Notes under the pieces: model-generated | Database searches by the model: none | The model's input: the letters and a program-made list of their open reading frames with translations, nothing else | What the model was told of the DNA's origin: nothing | Origin: Microgenomates group bacterium GW2011_GWC1_46_15 | GTDB lineage: Bacteria; Patescibacteriota; Microgenomatia; UBA1400; UBA12028 | NCBI GenBank assembly: GCA_001002285.1 | Contig: LCLX01000004.1 | Coordinates: 6,885 to 70,884, forward strand | Length of the DNA stretch: 64,000 bases | Reading direction: 5' to 3' | In this document: positions 1-11,360 of the stretch, piece after piece | How positions within the stretch are numbered: position 1 is the first letter of the stretch | Layout of the letters: the number at the start of each line of letters is the position of its first letter | Position numbers and translations under genes: made by a program

Positions 1-375
1 AAGGTTGCGGTTACAACCAATGCCCATTTTGCTTCACAGGAAGGATTTGTTTCCGATGGCTACCTATTTGGTGACGGCGTGTGTCATTTAGCCTCACTCA
101 TCAACTGGGCTGCCCAGGATGCGGGGCTTGAAGTTCTTGTAACAAAGAACCATAACTTTGCGGCGATTCCTGACGTTCCAAAACAGTATGGCGTGTCCAT
201 TTACACGAACGTGGCGGACAAAAATTCAGGAACACGGAATAATCTATACATTACAAATAACCGAAACCATGACGTGGTGTTTCATTTTGAGTACACAGAA
301 GACCGCACACTCAACGTGTTTGTAACGGAAGACACAGCATCGTCTAGGGTTATGATCGCGCAGACTTTATTTTAA
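1..375 (+). CDS. VanW family protein (5'-partial)
   Basis: Frame open from base 1; GDGVCHLASLINWAAQDAGLEV resembles the VanW GGGVCQ.SS.L..AA..AGLE motif. Confidence 0.7.
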   Translation, partial: KVAVTTNAHFASQEGFVSDGYLFGDGVCHLASLINWAAQDAGLEVLVTKNHNFAAIPDVPKQYGVSIYTNVADKNSGTRNNLYITNNRNHDVVFHFEYTEDRTLNVFVTEDTASSRVMIAQTLF

Positions 376-1033
376 GCGACCACCACAACGCAATCCGCAT
401 CACGATCACAATCGTCATGAACGCAAGCACGAGAAGGCTTGTTGACGGGGGCGTTTTCATTCCACCGGTGTACCATCGGATAATATAGACAGACTTCAAT
501 AGATAGACGTGAGCGAAAATCAGTAGAACAGCAATATACCCAGTCCGCAGAATCTTCCGCCACGCTTTACCACCAAGCACATTTGCCGCGTATTGATTGG
601 ACACGAACGCCATGCATGCAAATATACCAACCGCAAGCGCGCCAGTCAGCGCGGGCCACATCTTTCCCTGTTGCCACATCGCAAACGTGAATAACTTTTG
701 CACAGTGGAAAACGACAATCCGATATGGACCAATCCAAACGCCAAGCCCATCAACCCCAATTGCTTACGGTACACAATTTTTGTATCAACAAAGTTCCAA
801 AAATAACACAAACTACTTAATAGCATGGAAAGACCAATCAGGATAATCGAAGTGTCAGCGACTGCTTTATTGAGTGGATTCGGTGTTTTAAGCCAAGTGA
901 TGTACCAATAGGAGAGGGCAAAAAGCACGAGGCCTAAAATCAACGTCCGCACATAGAGCTGAAACTCGGACACGGGTCCAACTCTTTTTACTACCTGGTT
1001 GTGCCATTTGTCATACAACATAGATATATCCAC
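350..1033 (-). CDS. Ferric reductase-like transmembrane protein (MsrQ-like)
   Basis: About 6 TM segments; YRKQLGL, VH, SN...LGGKAWRK..R.GY and FAH motifs typical of MsrQ/ferric reductase. Confidence 0.7.
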   Translation of the reverse strand: MDISMLYDKWHNQVVKRVGPVSEFQLYVRTLILGLVLFALSYWYITWLKTPNPLNKAVADTSIILIGLSMLLSSLCYFWNFVDTKIVYRKQLGLMGLAFGLVHIGLSFSTVQKLFTFAMWQQGKMWPALTGALAVGIFACMAFVSNQYAANVLGGKAWRKILRTGYIAVLLIFAHVYLLKSVYIIRWYTGGMKTPPSTSLLVLAFMTIVIVMRIALWWSLKIKSARS

Positions 1034-1079
1034 TATAGCAGAAATATTTTTTGTTTTTCAAGTTTCTTGTTTCCTCAGG

Positions 1080-1943
1080 TTACGCGTACTCCCCAAACAC
1101 GGCTTTCAGTGAAACGTGTGTTGGAAATTGTTGAACAAGCGGTTTATCTGAGAGCTGTTGTAGTTGTTTGTGATATGGCACCGCGTCTGGATTTTCATAG
1201 AACAACCCAATGGGCAACCGGTCTTCCTGATTTGAAAGCGCCCACGCTTTTGCCGGATCATTCGATAGATACCCCTCGCTTTCCAGTTTGTAGATTTTTT
1301 GCTGAAACCACTGGTGTGTATTGAGTTTATTAAACGTTACACACGGCTGAAACACGTCGAGCAACGAAAATCCAGTGTGCATGATCGCTTTTTTAATCAT
1401 TTCGGTTGTGTAGAGAATATCGCCGGCGTAGCTCCGGCCGATCCAGCTGGCTTGCGCGGAGAGCGCGAGCGCGACGGGATTCACGGGGTTTTCGATAAGT
1501 CCATTTGGCGTTGAAGAAGTTTTAACTCCCTTGGTTGTTGTGGGCGATGCTTGCCCTTTGGTAAGTCCGTATGTTTGATTGTTGTGCACAAGCAAAGTGA
1601 TGTCATGGTTTCCGCGGCATGCCGCAATAAAATGGCCCATCCCTTCCCCGTAGATTCCTCCGTCTCCGCCGATCACCAACACTTTGAGACCGTGGTTTGC
1701 CATTTTAATTCCCTCGGCGATGGGAACAGACCGCCCGTGCAGTGAGTGAAACCCGTACACGCGCAGAAAATCTGCCATGTTTCCGCTGCACCCAATATCG
1801 AACACAATCACGAGCTGCTCTTCGGGAATAGCGAGTTCCGTGAGCGCTTTTTTGATTGCACCCCAAATGCCAAAGTCACCGCATCCCGGGCACCACGTGG
1901 GGAAGATTGACGTGTGAAGTGAGATATCGCTTAGCGTGTTCAT
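1080..1943 (-). CDS. 2-oxoacid:ferredoxin oxidoreductase beta subunit
   Basis: WCPGCG, DIGCSG, LHGR, TPP-binding GGDG..NN, GLTKGQ.SPT, QPCVTFN; ATGA overlap with alpha stop. Confidence 0.95.
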   Translation of the reverse strand: MNTLSDISLHTSIFPTWCPGCGDFGIWGAIKKALTELAIPEEQLVIVFDIGCSGNMADFLRVYGFHSLHGRSVPIAEGIKMANHGLKVLVIGGDGGIYGEGMGHFIAACRGNHDITLLVHNNQTYGLTKGQASPTTTKGVKTSSTPNGLIENPVNPVALALSAQASWIGRSYAGDILYTTEMIKKAIMHTGFSLLDVFQPCVTFNKLNTHQWFQQKIYKLESEGYLSNDPAKAWALSNQEDRLPIGLFYENPDAVPYHKQLQQLSDKPLVQQFPTHVSLKAVFGEYA

Positions 1944-3670
1944 AAAGTTTTTGTTTCCTTTTTCTGATTTTCGACCCAATCAACAATGTCTTCGGCAAAG
2001 AATGGCCGCCCATCATACCGGTTGATCCGTTCGCGCATTGTGATGCCGGTTTGTTCGCGGATGTACATCTCGCATTGACGCGTTGCGTTTCCCTCGATCA
2101 TAACCAACCGTTTCGCGCGTTTTGCGAGTTCAGCAAACGCATCTGCGGGAAATGGCATGAGACCGTGAAGGTGGATGGCGTTCGCGGTGTTTGGGTGTGT
2201 TGTATTGAGTTGGCGAAGAACTTCTTGAATGACAAGTTTTGTTGAACCCCACTCAACAAATGTGATCTCAGCGTCTTGTGGGCCAAGAAGTTGAGGTTTT
2301 GGAATGAATGGGAGGATCGCGTCAATTTTCCGCAGGCGTTTCTCTACCATAGCTTTTGTCATTGCACCATCTTCGGTCGCGTATCCATGCTCATCGTGTT
2401 CATACGAGTTTGTAAGTTGCAAGCCGTGCGGTTGGCCCGGGAGCGAGCGGGGCGAAAATCCCTCCGGCGTTACGGCAAACCGTTTGTATGAATTGTCTTC
2501 GGGCAATGTTTCTTGGGCGAGCGAGTACCGTGTGTTTGTCCAGTCTTCTGCTGGCCGAACGATGCTTTGTGCCGACTCCAACACATATTTATCTCCCAAA
2601 ATAAACACCTGCGTGTGAAATTTTTCAGCAAGGACAAACGCTAACCGCGCGATAGAAAAACACTCCTCTATATCGCCTGGGGCGAGAACGACTTTTGGGA
2701 ACTCCCCGTGTCCGGCACGCATCACAAACTGTAAATCGGCTTGGCACGTCCACGTTGGAAGGCCCGTTGCCGGACCCGGACGCTGTCCTTCCACAACAAC
2801 AAGTGGCGTTTCCGCGATTCCCGCGAGTGATACCGCTTCAACCATGAGCGCGAATCCACCGCCGGACGTTCCCACCATGGCCCGGACGCCAGCGTATGAA
2901 GCGCCAATAGCTTGGTTGATGGCTGAAATTTCATCTTCCGCGTGTTTTACAACCAACGGAAACCGCGTCTCGTTTTCGGCCATAAAATGGAGAATGGATG
3001 AGGTTGGTGTCATGGGATATGCGGCATAGAACTGTACGCCGGCTGCCAGCGCACCCAGCCCAATTGCATCATTTCCAGAAAGAAGGATTTGATTGTTTGG
3101 GTGTGGAGCAATGGTTTCGGCGCGCGCAAGGCCTTGTTCTTTTGTATAGGCGTATCCTTTTTCCGCGGCGGATTCGTCTTTTGCAACAACAGCTTCACCT
3201 TTTTTGTGGAACGCATCTTTAATCACGTCTTTGAGCACGGCAAGGTCAAGTCCGAGGAGCGCGCACGAAGCGCCAAGAGCAACCATATTTTCCGCAAGAC
3301 TGGAACCAGTGGTTTCGAGCGAAATCGCATGCATGGGCAAATCAAAAATCGTACTTGAAAGCGCATATTTTTCCCAGTTCAGTTTAGTATTTTTTTTATC
3401 AACGATAATCACCGTTTTTTTGGTGAACTCATCCAGGTGGAGCGCGATAGCATCTTCATTGAGCGCGACCATCACATCAAGAAGTTTTTGCTGGCAGCTT
3501 ACGGGATTTGTTGAGGCGCTGACCTGCATGGTGTTGTGCCCGCCACGGATCAGCGAAGGGTACTCCCCGTACGCGAAACTCCAGAGGCCGTGCCGGATAC
3601 ACGTTTTCGCGAAAATCGTACCGGTTACGGCGATTCCTTCACCCGCTTGTCCTGCAACTTTCCAGTTCAT
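1940..3670 (-). CDS. 2-oxoacid:ferredoxin oxidoreductase alpha subunit (gamma-alpha fusion)
   Basis: AGQAGEG, YPSLIRGGH, YPMTP, EDEI, TSGGGFALM, QRPGPATGLPT, WGST. Confidence 0.95.
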   Translation of the reverse strand: MNWKVAGQAGEGIAVTGTIFAKTCIRHGLWSFAYGEYPSLIRGGHNTMQVSASTNPVSCQQKLLDVMVALNEDAIALHLDEFTKKTVIIVDKKNTKLNWEKYALSSTIFDLPMHAISLETTGSSLAENMVALGASCALLGLDLAVLKDVIKDAFHKKGEAVVAKDESAAEKGYAYTKEQGLARAETIAPHPNNQILLSGNDAIGLGALAAGVQFYAAYPMTPTSSILHFMAENETRFPLVVKHAEDEISAINQAIGASYAGVRAMVGTSGGGFALMVEAVSLAGIAETPLVVVEGQRPGPATGLPTWTCQADLQFVMRAGHGEFPKVVLAPGDIEECFSIARLAFVLAEKFHTQVFILGDKYVLESAQSIVRPAEDWTNTRYSLAQETLPEDNSYKRFAVTPEGFSPRSLPGQPHGLQLTNSYEHDEHGYATEDGAMTKAMVEKRLRKIDAILPFIPKPQLLGPQDAEITFVEWGSTKLVIQEVLRQLNTTHPNTANAIHLHGLMPFPADAFAELAKRAKRLVMIEGNATRQCEMYIREQTGITMRERINRYDGRPFFAEDIVDWVENQKKETKTL

Positions 3671-3683
3671 ATGTGTATGGTAT

Positions 3684-3837
3684 AGGAGTTACGCACATCA
3701 ACACAAGCAGGATGTTGCGCAGTCCAGAGGGGCTGTGAGCCGCCGACAAAATAATGGGAGGAATGTCCTCTCTCTTCTTGAGGCGGCGAGCGCAATCCCG
3801 CCCCTAGCGGGATGTCCCGATGGGCTGCGTAACTCCT
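3684..3837 (+). ncRNA. Candidate structured ncRNA (6S-like topology or novel motif)
   Basis: Perfect 12-bp terminal inverted repeat AGGAGTTACGCA/TGCGTAACTCCT enclosing nested stems; G-U pairs favour the + strand. Confidence 0.55.
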
Positions 3838-3842
3838 GCATG

Positions 3843-5843
3843 TTATCCTCGTTTCATGTCGGCAACAATGGCGCCGTTTTCCGTAATAAATAATGGGTTG
3901 ATTTCAAGCTCGGTAAGTTTGTTTGTTTCTAGCGCGCAGTGTTGAAGTGTATTAATCGTTTCAACGAGCGCATGTGTTTGTTCTTTGGTGAGAAGCGATG
4001 CGAGTTTTGTTTGCGAAAGTGTGTAGGCAATCACCGTTTTTTGCGCGGGAAGGAAAAAATACCTACGGTCGGCGAGTGTATCACTCAAGCTTCCTCCTAG
4101 ACCAACCGCGCAGTACCATCCAAACTGCGGATCACGGATCATACCCACAAGCGCCTCGTGCGCGTTTGTGATTGTTTCTTGAAACACAACGGGAGCGTTC
4201 CACTGTTTGAGATGGTTATACGCGACGCGCGCGTACCCAAGATCGTGAATATCCGCGATGACCGCCCCAAGTTTTGCTTTGTGTTTGAGTGCAAGATCGG
4301 TTGTTTTTGCAACGAGGGGAAAAGAAAGGGTTTCAAGTTCGGAAAAATCTTTTTCATCAGAAATAAGAACTTGTTTGGGAAAACGCAGACCGTACGATTC
4401 CAACACAGTTTGAAGATCAGAAAATGTTTCAGGATACGTGTGTGTGGTTTTTGTTGGTTGTGCGGATGATGAAAGAGATAAAACGGCATATGGCAGTGTT
4501 TTTTCCATGTTTCGTTGTGCCTGGACAAGCGCTTTCATCGTTTCAACAACTTCGTTTGGATACTCGGTCACAACAACACCCGCGTTCCGGAGTTTTTCCC
4601 TGTATGGTTCAAGTTGATCGCCGCCGGTGAGGCACGCGATCACCAACCGTTTCCCCCGGGGTTTCATCAACACCTTTGTTATGCCATCCATATCTGTAAT
4701 TGACTGCTGAGTCACAATGCACGCGAGCGCGTCAATATTGAGATCGTGTGAGAGGATGGTGAGCGCTTGGTCAAACATTTCGGGTGTTGCATCGCCAAGT
4801 AAATCAAGTGGGTTGGCTAGGCGGAGTGTCGGAAACTGTTCGGTAAGCGTGCTGGCTGTTTTTGATGAAAGAGATACGAGAGGCACTTCTGCCTGAACCG
4901 CTTCGTCAACGAGAACAACCGATGGGCCGCCTGCATTTGTAACAACCATAAGATGTTCGGGAAGAAACGCTGATTTTGCAGACGCGATGCTTGCGCGGAC
5001 GAGCTGTTCGAACGTTTCGACCATCACAATACCTGCCTGTTGTGCCGCATCGCGCAAAAGCGCTTGGGGGGTCGCAAGCGCCGCGGTGTGGGAAACGGCC
5101 GCAGAAATTCCACATTCAGTTGTTCCGCCTTTGAGCAAAAAGATAGGTTTTGATTTCACAATACGCGATGCCAGCGAAAGCAACACTGGAATATTGCGGA
5201 ACGACTCCATGTAGAGCACAATCACGCGCGTATGATGGTCTTTGGCTGCGTGTTCAAGCAAGGAAAGCTCGTCTATGCCCGCCCGATTTCCTAAACTCAC
5301 CGCAAACGATACTCCAGTTTTTGCGGATGCATACGCTTGAAATAACGCACTGAGCATTGCCCCAGACTGGCTGATTACCGCGATAGGGCCTGGAGTGACA
5401 TCGTCTGCGCCAAAACTCGCGTAGATATTGTCAAACGGAGCGATGTATCCCATCGTGTTTGGCCCAAGTAAAAGAATGTTCGCTTGTGAAAGTTTTTGAG
5501 TGATCCGGTCTTGCACCTCTTTTCCATTTTTACCGTTTTCCGCGAATCCGGAAGTAATAATAATCACTGCTTTGACATGTGTTTGGATGCACTCGTCCAC
5601 GATAGACTCAACGACAGTGGATGGAACTGCGATGATCGCAATATCAGCAGGATGCGGGAGTTCTTTAAGAGAGACAAACGTGCGAAGCCCCAACAGTGTT
5701 GACGCGTGCGGATTAATGGGAAACAACTCGAGATCGGAGTTTTTTTGCAGGCTTTTAAGAATGTGATGTCCAACTTTTTTTTGATCGCGCGAGGCGCCAA
5801 TCACCGCAATACTGCGGCACTGGAATAGGGCAGAAATATCCAT
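3843..5843 (-). CDS. Acetate--CoA ligase (ADP-forming), fused alpha/beta
   Basis: IAVIGASR..KVG, LGPN.MG, SQSGA, SLGN, phospho-His SHTAALA, TNAGG, NPLDL.GDA, ATP-grasp LEINPL; -10 TACACT 6 nt before the ATG at 5843. Confidence 0.9.
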   Translation of the reverse strand: MDISALFQCRSIAVIGASRDQKKVGHHILKSLQKNSDLELFPINPHASTLLGLRTFVSLKELPHPADIAIIAVPSTVVESIVDECIQTHVKAVIIITSGFAENGKNGKEVQDRITQKLSQANILLLGPNTMGYIAPFDNIYASFGADDVTPGPIAVISQSGAMLSALFQAYASAKTGVSFAVSLGNRAGIDELSLLEHAAKDHHTRVIVLYMESFRNIPVLLSLASRIVKSKPIFLLKGGTTECGISAAVSHTAALATPQALLRDAAQQAGIVMVETFEQLVRASIASAKSAFLPEHLMVVTNAGGPSVVLVDEAVQAEVPLVSLSSKTASTLTEQFPTLRLANPLDLLGDATPEMFDQALTILSHDLNIDALACIVTQQSITDMDGITKVLMKPRGKRLVIACLTGGDQLEPYREKLRNAGVVVTEYPNEVVETMKALVQAQRNMEKTLPYAVLSLSSSAQPTKTTHTYPETFSDLQTVLESYGLRFPKQVLISDEKDFSELETLSFPLVAKTTDLALKHKAKLGAVIADIHDLGYARVAYNHLKQWNAPVVFQETITNAHEALVGMIRDPQFGWYCAVGLGGSLSDTLADRRYFFLPAQKTVIAYTLSQTKLASLLTKEQTHALVETINTLQHCALETNKLTELEINPLFITENGAIVADMKRG

Positions 5844-5882
5844 ACACCCAGTGTACCATGTGAAGATGATATGATGAGGTGT

Positions 5883-7058
5883 ATGAAGTATGTGGCCCGC
5901 CTCCAAATTTCCAGATATGTGTATGTGTTTATCGCAGCACTTCTCATTGTTCTTCCAGTGAGTGGTTATGTGATGCAGTGGACGGGGCAAAAATTGACGG
6001 CACTTCGTACGCGTGAAACAGAACTTCATGCAACGCTTTCTCAAACTCAAGAAGAACTCGATCGTCTAAAGAGTGAAGATCCGCGTAAAACTAACCAAGT
6101 TCTAAAACAGGAAATTCTTGACCTTAAAAAAACGTTTGTGGCGGCGATTAATGTATATGAGGATTTAGTCAAACTGCGTGAGAGCACACCAAAAACGAGT
6201 GCGCTAGATAGTCTTTTTGCTTCGGCGTTGACATATTTGGCAAAAGAAAACGTTGCTTCCGCGGACGCAACACTGAAAAAATTAGCGGATGGAATAAAAA
6301 CGGAAACGACAAAACTCGCCGTGGCGGTGGTGATTCCAGCAAATGTTCCTGAAAGCAATGCTCCACCAAGCTCCGGGTATAAACGGCAGAAAGTTGTTGT
6401 GGATGGCACCGGTTTTTTGGTTGATATTGTTGCCGCTGATCTTAACAGTACAAAAGTCATTATTGATACGGCATCTGACAACACGTGCGCGAATAACTGT
6501 CCGGTACTGCCACTCGCGGAGTACGCGGCACGAAGCGGCGCGTATGCCGGCATTAATGGCACCTACTTCTGCCCAGAAACATATCCAACCTGCGCGGACA
6601 AAAAAAACTCGTTTGACGTGCTCGTGATGAATAAAAATAAAGTGTACTTTAACTCAGATAATAATGTGTACAGCACCGTGCCGGCCGTTGTTTTTTCTGG
6701 AAACTCGATGCGATTGTATGCACAATCTCTACAATGGGGGCGTGATACCGGTGTTGACGCGGTTATTGCCAACCGTCCCCTTTTGGTCCAGGACGGGAAC
6801 GTGATGTTCGGTGGAAACGATGATGCAAAAGAATCGCTTCGGGGGAACCGGAGTTTTGTAGGTGGAAGCGGAAACATGGGATACATCGGAGTTGTTCACG
6901 GGGCGACGGTTGCCGAATCCGCAAAGACGCTACAGGCGTTGGGAATCCGAAATGCAATTAACTTAGATAGTGGTGGGTCTACTGCGTTGTGGGCTGGCGG
7001 ATACAAAGCTGGTCCGGGAAGAAACTTGCCGAATGTTGTGTTGTTTATACGGAAGTAG
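5883..7058 (+). CDS. Membrane-anchored phosphodiester glycosidase (NAGPA-like) family protein
   Basis: N-terminal TM and coiled coil; AGING.YF, R..VG, AINLDSGGST. Confidence 0.8.
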   Translation: MKYVARLQISRYVYVFIAALLIVLPVSGYVMQWTGQKLTALRTRETELHATLSQTQEELDRLKSEDPRKTNQVLKQEILDLKKTFVAAINVYEDLVKLRESTPKTSALDSLFASALTYLAKENVASADATLKKLADGIKTETTKLAVAVVIPANVPESNAPPSSGYKRQKVVVDGTGFLVDIVAADLNSTKVIIDTASDNTCANNCPVLPLAEYAARSGAYAGINGTYFCPETYPTCADKKNSFDVLVMNKNKVYFNSDNNVYSTVPAVVFSGNSMRLYAQSLQWGRDTGVDAVIANRPLLVQDGNVMFGGNDDAKESLRGNRSFVGGSGNMGYIGVVHGATVAESAKTLQALGIRNAINLDSGGSTALWAGGYKAGPGRNLPNVVLFIRK

Positions 7059-7071
7059 TGAAGAGTCAAAA

Positions 7072-8292
7072 TTAACGGTCGAAAGAAAATAGAATATCGG
7101 GAAACGCTTGGGTAAAAGAAACAACATCTTTTTTCACGTCTTTTCCCTTCATTGATTGATCCATGAGTTTTGCGACCGTTTGCATGTCTTTTTCCTTCAT
7201 TCCCCGCCTGGTAAGTTCTTGTGTTCCAATGCGGATAAAAAGCCGGTGCCCCAAAACATTGTCAAAATTTGTGGAGATGTTGTTTTGTAAAAGGTGTTTA
7301 TACAAGAGGAGCCGCTCTCCTTTATCATCAATGAATATGTGTGCCTGATGGTTTTCAGAATATCTTCCCGTGTTGGACTTGCGGACATTATATCCAAGTT
7401 TTACGAATGCTTCCGCAATGGCGTTTGAGTTTTTAATGACCTGTTCTGCATACTCTTTTCCAAATGCTTCGAGTTCAAGCAAAGTAATCGCTAACATAAT
7501 CATGTGATGGGTGTGTGGGCTCGAATATAAACATCCATTAATGATTTTGTTTGCCTTATCAGCAAGTTCTTGATCGCAGAATGCAATCATCCCTTTTTGT
7601 GGCCCTGGCAATGTTTTATGCGTATTTGCGCACACAACGCTTGCGCCTTCTTTTAATGGAGCTTGGAACTGTTGGCCCATAATAAGGCCCATTGTGTGAC
7701 TTGCATCATAAATAATAAGCGCCTTTGGCCCCACCGCCTCGCGCAATTCTCGCAGGTTATGTGGATTAATATAGTATGAAACATCAAGATAAATTGCTTT
7801 CGCTTTTGTTTTTCGGAATGTTTTTGCAGTTTCTTGAACATCAAATCGCAAGTGTTCAAGATCATACGAAACAAACGCGTGTTTTCTTCCCACTCTTGCC
7901 AAGATTCCTTCGGTGGCAAAATGGCCACCGTGATCGTGATGAACGGTAAGAACAGTGTCCCCAGGTTCTGTGGTCGAAAGGATGGCGCACATCATTGCGT
8001 GCACGCCGGACAAACAATGTAAATTAACAGCAACTGCTCCCAACATGCGCTTCGCCGCTTCTTCACCTTTTTCAATGAGCGCATGTGTGGAAGGAAGTCC
8101 CAACGCGGTAAACACGCCAAAATCTGCGACATTGTCTTTGCTTGCACCAAAATAATATCGTTCAGAAAGTTTTGTTCCTAGAAATTGGCTTGCTGTATGC
8201 GAAAGCTGTGCCTCATTTGCCGTGAGATGTAAAAACTCGGCATTCCGATGTTCTTCTTCATGAATCGCTTTGATATATGAAGAAATATCCAT
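7072..8292 (-). CDS. SHMT-fold PLP enzyme, L-threonine transaldolase-like
   Basis: LTANE, GGHF, YDASH, PLP Lys in NTHKTLPGPQKG, IRIGTQELTRRGM; lacks the GlyA YAEGYP motif. Confidence 0.75.
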   Translation of the reverse strand: MDISSYIKAIHEEEHRNAEFLHLTANEAQLSHTASQFLGTKLSERYYFGASKDNVADFGVFTALGLPSTHALIEKGEEAAKRMLGAVAVNLHCLSGVHAMMCAILSTTEPGDTVLTVHHDHGGHFATEGILARVGRKHAFVSYDLEHLRFDVQETAKTFRKTKAKAIYLDVSYYINPHNLRELREAVGPKALIIYDASHTMGLIMGQQFQAPLKEGASVVCANTHKTLPGPQKGMIAFCDQELADKANKIINGCLYSSPHTHHMIMLAITLLELEAFGKEYAEQVIKNSNAIAEAFVKLGYNVRKSNTGRYSENHQAHIFIDDKGERLLLYKHLLQNNISTNFDNVLGHRLFIRIGTQELTRRGMKEKDMQTVAKLMDQSMKGKDVKKDVVSFTQAFPDILFSFDR

Positions 8293-8293
8293 G

Positions 8294-9583
<1,290 letters not shown>

Positions 9584-10531
9584 TTAAGTAAGTGACAACA
9601 CCTGATTGTAGTTGTCTTTGTACCGTTTTTCAAATGCAGGTTTTGTAAACGAATGTGTGATCGTTCCATATTTTTCAACGGTGTATACGGCAGCAATAGA
9701 TCCCATCTGCCCGCACGTTTGAAGATCAAACGTGCGCAAGTAGCCAGCAACAAATCCTCCACGATACGCATCACCCGCGCCGGTTGGATCAATCACGGCC
9801 TTTGCCTTTGCCGGGGCAATTTTAATAGTTTTTCCATGTGACTCAACTCGTGAACCTTTGCTTCCCAGTGTTGTGATAACGATAGGAACCATTTTTAAAA
9901 GTTGCGCGCGCGAAATGTTTAACCGTTTTTCCGTGAGCGCGATTTCGTAGTCGTTGCCGATAAATATTTCCGCGTGTGTGATACCATCGCGTAACTCATC
10001 AATCGGCAGTTCGCCGATTTGAAACGCGGGATCGTATAAATACCGCATTTTTTTTGCAACACACTGTTTGACGTAAGAAGCAAGTGCTAGCGGAGTATTT
10101 GATGCAATGACAACAAAATTCGCTTTTGGTAATAAAAGTGTGTGGGCGTACTTCATAGCGCCAAGGTAAAACGAACCGATTTGATTGTCTTCCATGTCGG
10201 TTGTAACAAAGTAAGCGCCTGTATCGACATCTCGAAATGTGCGGATGCCAGAAGTATCTATTCCATTTTTCTTTAAAAAGGCCATATATTTTGTAAAATC
10301 TTTTCCTCCCGGGGCAATCAAAATGGGATCAAGGCCAAGCAACTTTGTTGTATACGCAACATTCCCGCCCGTTCCACCAAACTGTTTTTTTAATGTGTTT
10401 ACTAAAAAACCGAGAGAAAGCTGGTGGATTTTGTCCGGCATAATGCGGTCCACAAACTTGCCGGGGAAATTCATAATGTAATCGTATCCAAGAGTGCCCG
10501 TCACAATGGGAGAAAGTTTTGCGGTTGGCAT
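9584..10531 (-). CDS. PfkB family kinase, bacterial adenosine/nucleoside kinase-like
   Basis: GGTGGNVAY, NQI..FY.GAM, NDYE, DPTGAGDAYRGG; lies directly upstream of ahcY. Confidence 0.85.
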   Translation of the reverse strand: MPTAKLSPIVTGTLGYDYIMNFPGKFVDRIMPDKIHQLSLGFLVNTLKKQFGGTGGNVAYTTKLLGLDPILIAPGGKDFTKYMAFLKKNGIDTSGIRTFRDVDTGAYFVTTDMEDNQIGSFYLGAMKYAHTLLLPKANFVVIASNTPLALASYVKQCVAKKMRYLYDPAFQIGELPIDELRDGITHAEIFIGNDYEIALTEKRLNISRAQLLKMVPIVITTLGSKGSRVESHGKTIKIAPAKAKAVIDPTGAGDAYRGGFVAGYLRTFDLQTCGQMGSIAAVYTVEKYGTITHSFTKPAFEKRYKDNYNQVLSLT

Positions 10532-10569
10532 GGTGGCATCATAACATACCAGCAAAGCAGAAAAATAGA

Positions 10570-11295
10570 CTACATCACCAGTGTAAAGAGGTAGACAAAC
10601 AATACGCCAAACAACGTCATCAAAATTGTTTTAATAGACGAATCTTTGCTGTGTGCCTCCGGAAGAATGTCAGATGTTCCAAGGTATAACAGAAGGCCGG
10701 CAAAACTTCCAAGGTAAAGGAGCAAAAGTTGTTGTGGAAGATAAAAAAAGAGTGTCGAAACTGCTCCAACCAACGGCGCAGCGGCATCTAAAATAATAAA
10801 TTTGAATGCCTTTTTTGATGAGTTTCCGTGCAACAGCATAAGTGAGCCCGTATTTAAACCATCAGAAAAATCGTGCGCGATCACGGCAAGTCCAACAAAT
10901 ACTCCAAGCGCGGGGGAAATCTGAAATCCTAGTCCAATCCCAACGCCGTCTAAAAAGGAGTGAAGTATTAACGCGACTGCGGATAACATACCAACGGTTG
11001 GGTGGCGGTGTTTTTCATACGAACCTTCCTGCGCGTGGTGAATAAGGACGAGTTTTTCCAAAAGATGAAATACAAGAAATCCAATGACAAATGCGATCAT
11101 TGGAATGCGGAAAGGCGTATTGGTTTTCTGCGCGAGATCAACCATTTCTGGAAAAAGATCAAACGCGACGACGGCAAGAATAACGCCGGCGGTAAATGCC
11201 AAAATCTTATGCAGTTTATCCTTATACCGGAGACTGATGAGTCCGCCAACAAGTGTTGATGCAAATGTGAGGAGTGCGAGCAAGAAAAACAACAT
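10570..11295 (-). CDS. ZIP family metal transporter
   Basis: AGVIL...DL.PE, His-rich loop, HSFLDG, HDFSDG, DILPEAH. Confidence 0.9.
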   Translation of the reverse strand: MLFFLLALLTFASTLVGGLISLRYKDKLHKILAFTAGVILAVVAFDLFPEMVDLAQKTNTPFRIPMIAFVIGFLVFHLLEKLVLIHHAQEGSYEKHRHPTVGMLSAVALILHSFLDGVGIGLGFQISPALGVFVGLAVIAHDFSDGLNTGSLMLLHGNSSKKAFKFIILDAAAPLVGAVSTLFFYLPQQLLLLYLGSFAGLLLYLGTSDILPEAHSKDSSIKTILMTLFGVLFVYLFTLVM

Positions 11296-11360
11296 AAAAA
11301 GATTGTATCATCATGCCACTTGCAAAAAAAGAATAGAGTGTGAAACAATGTGCGGTATTC

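Noticed and set aside
3684-3837. SRP RNA or a known metabolite riboswitch for the OFOR operon
   Set aside because: No SRP domain IV CAGG/GGAA/AGCA arrangement or recognisable aptamer consensus; G-U pairs favour the antisense strand, and OFOR has its own proximal -10
5844-6050. N-terminal extension of acetate-CoA ligase
   Set aside because: Overlaps the divergent gene; a -10 element supports the ATG at 5843
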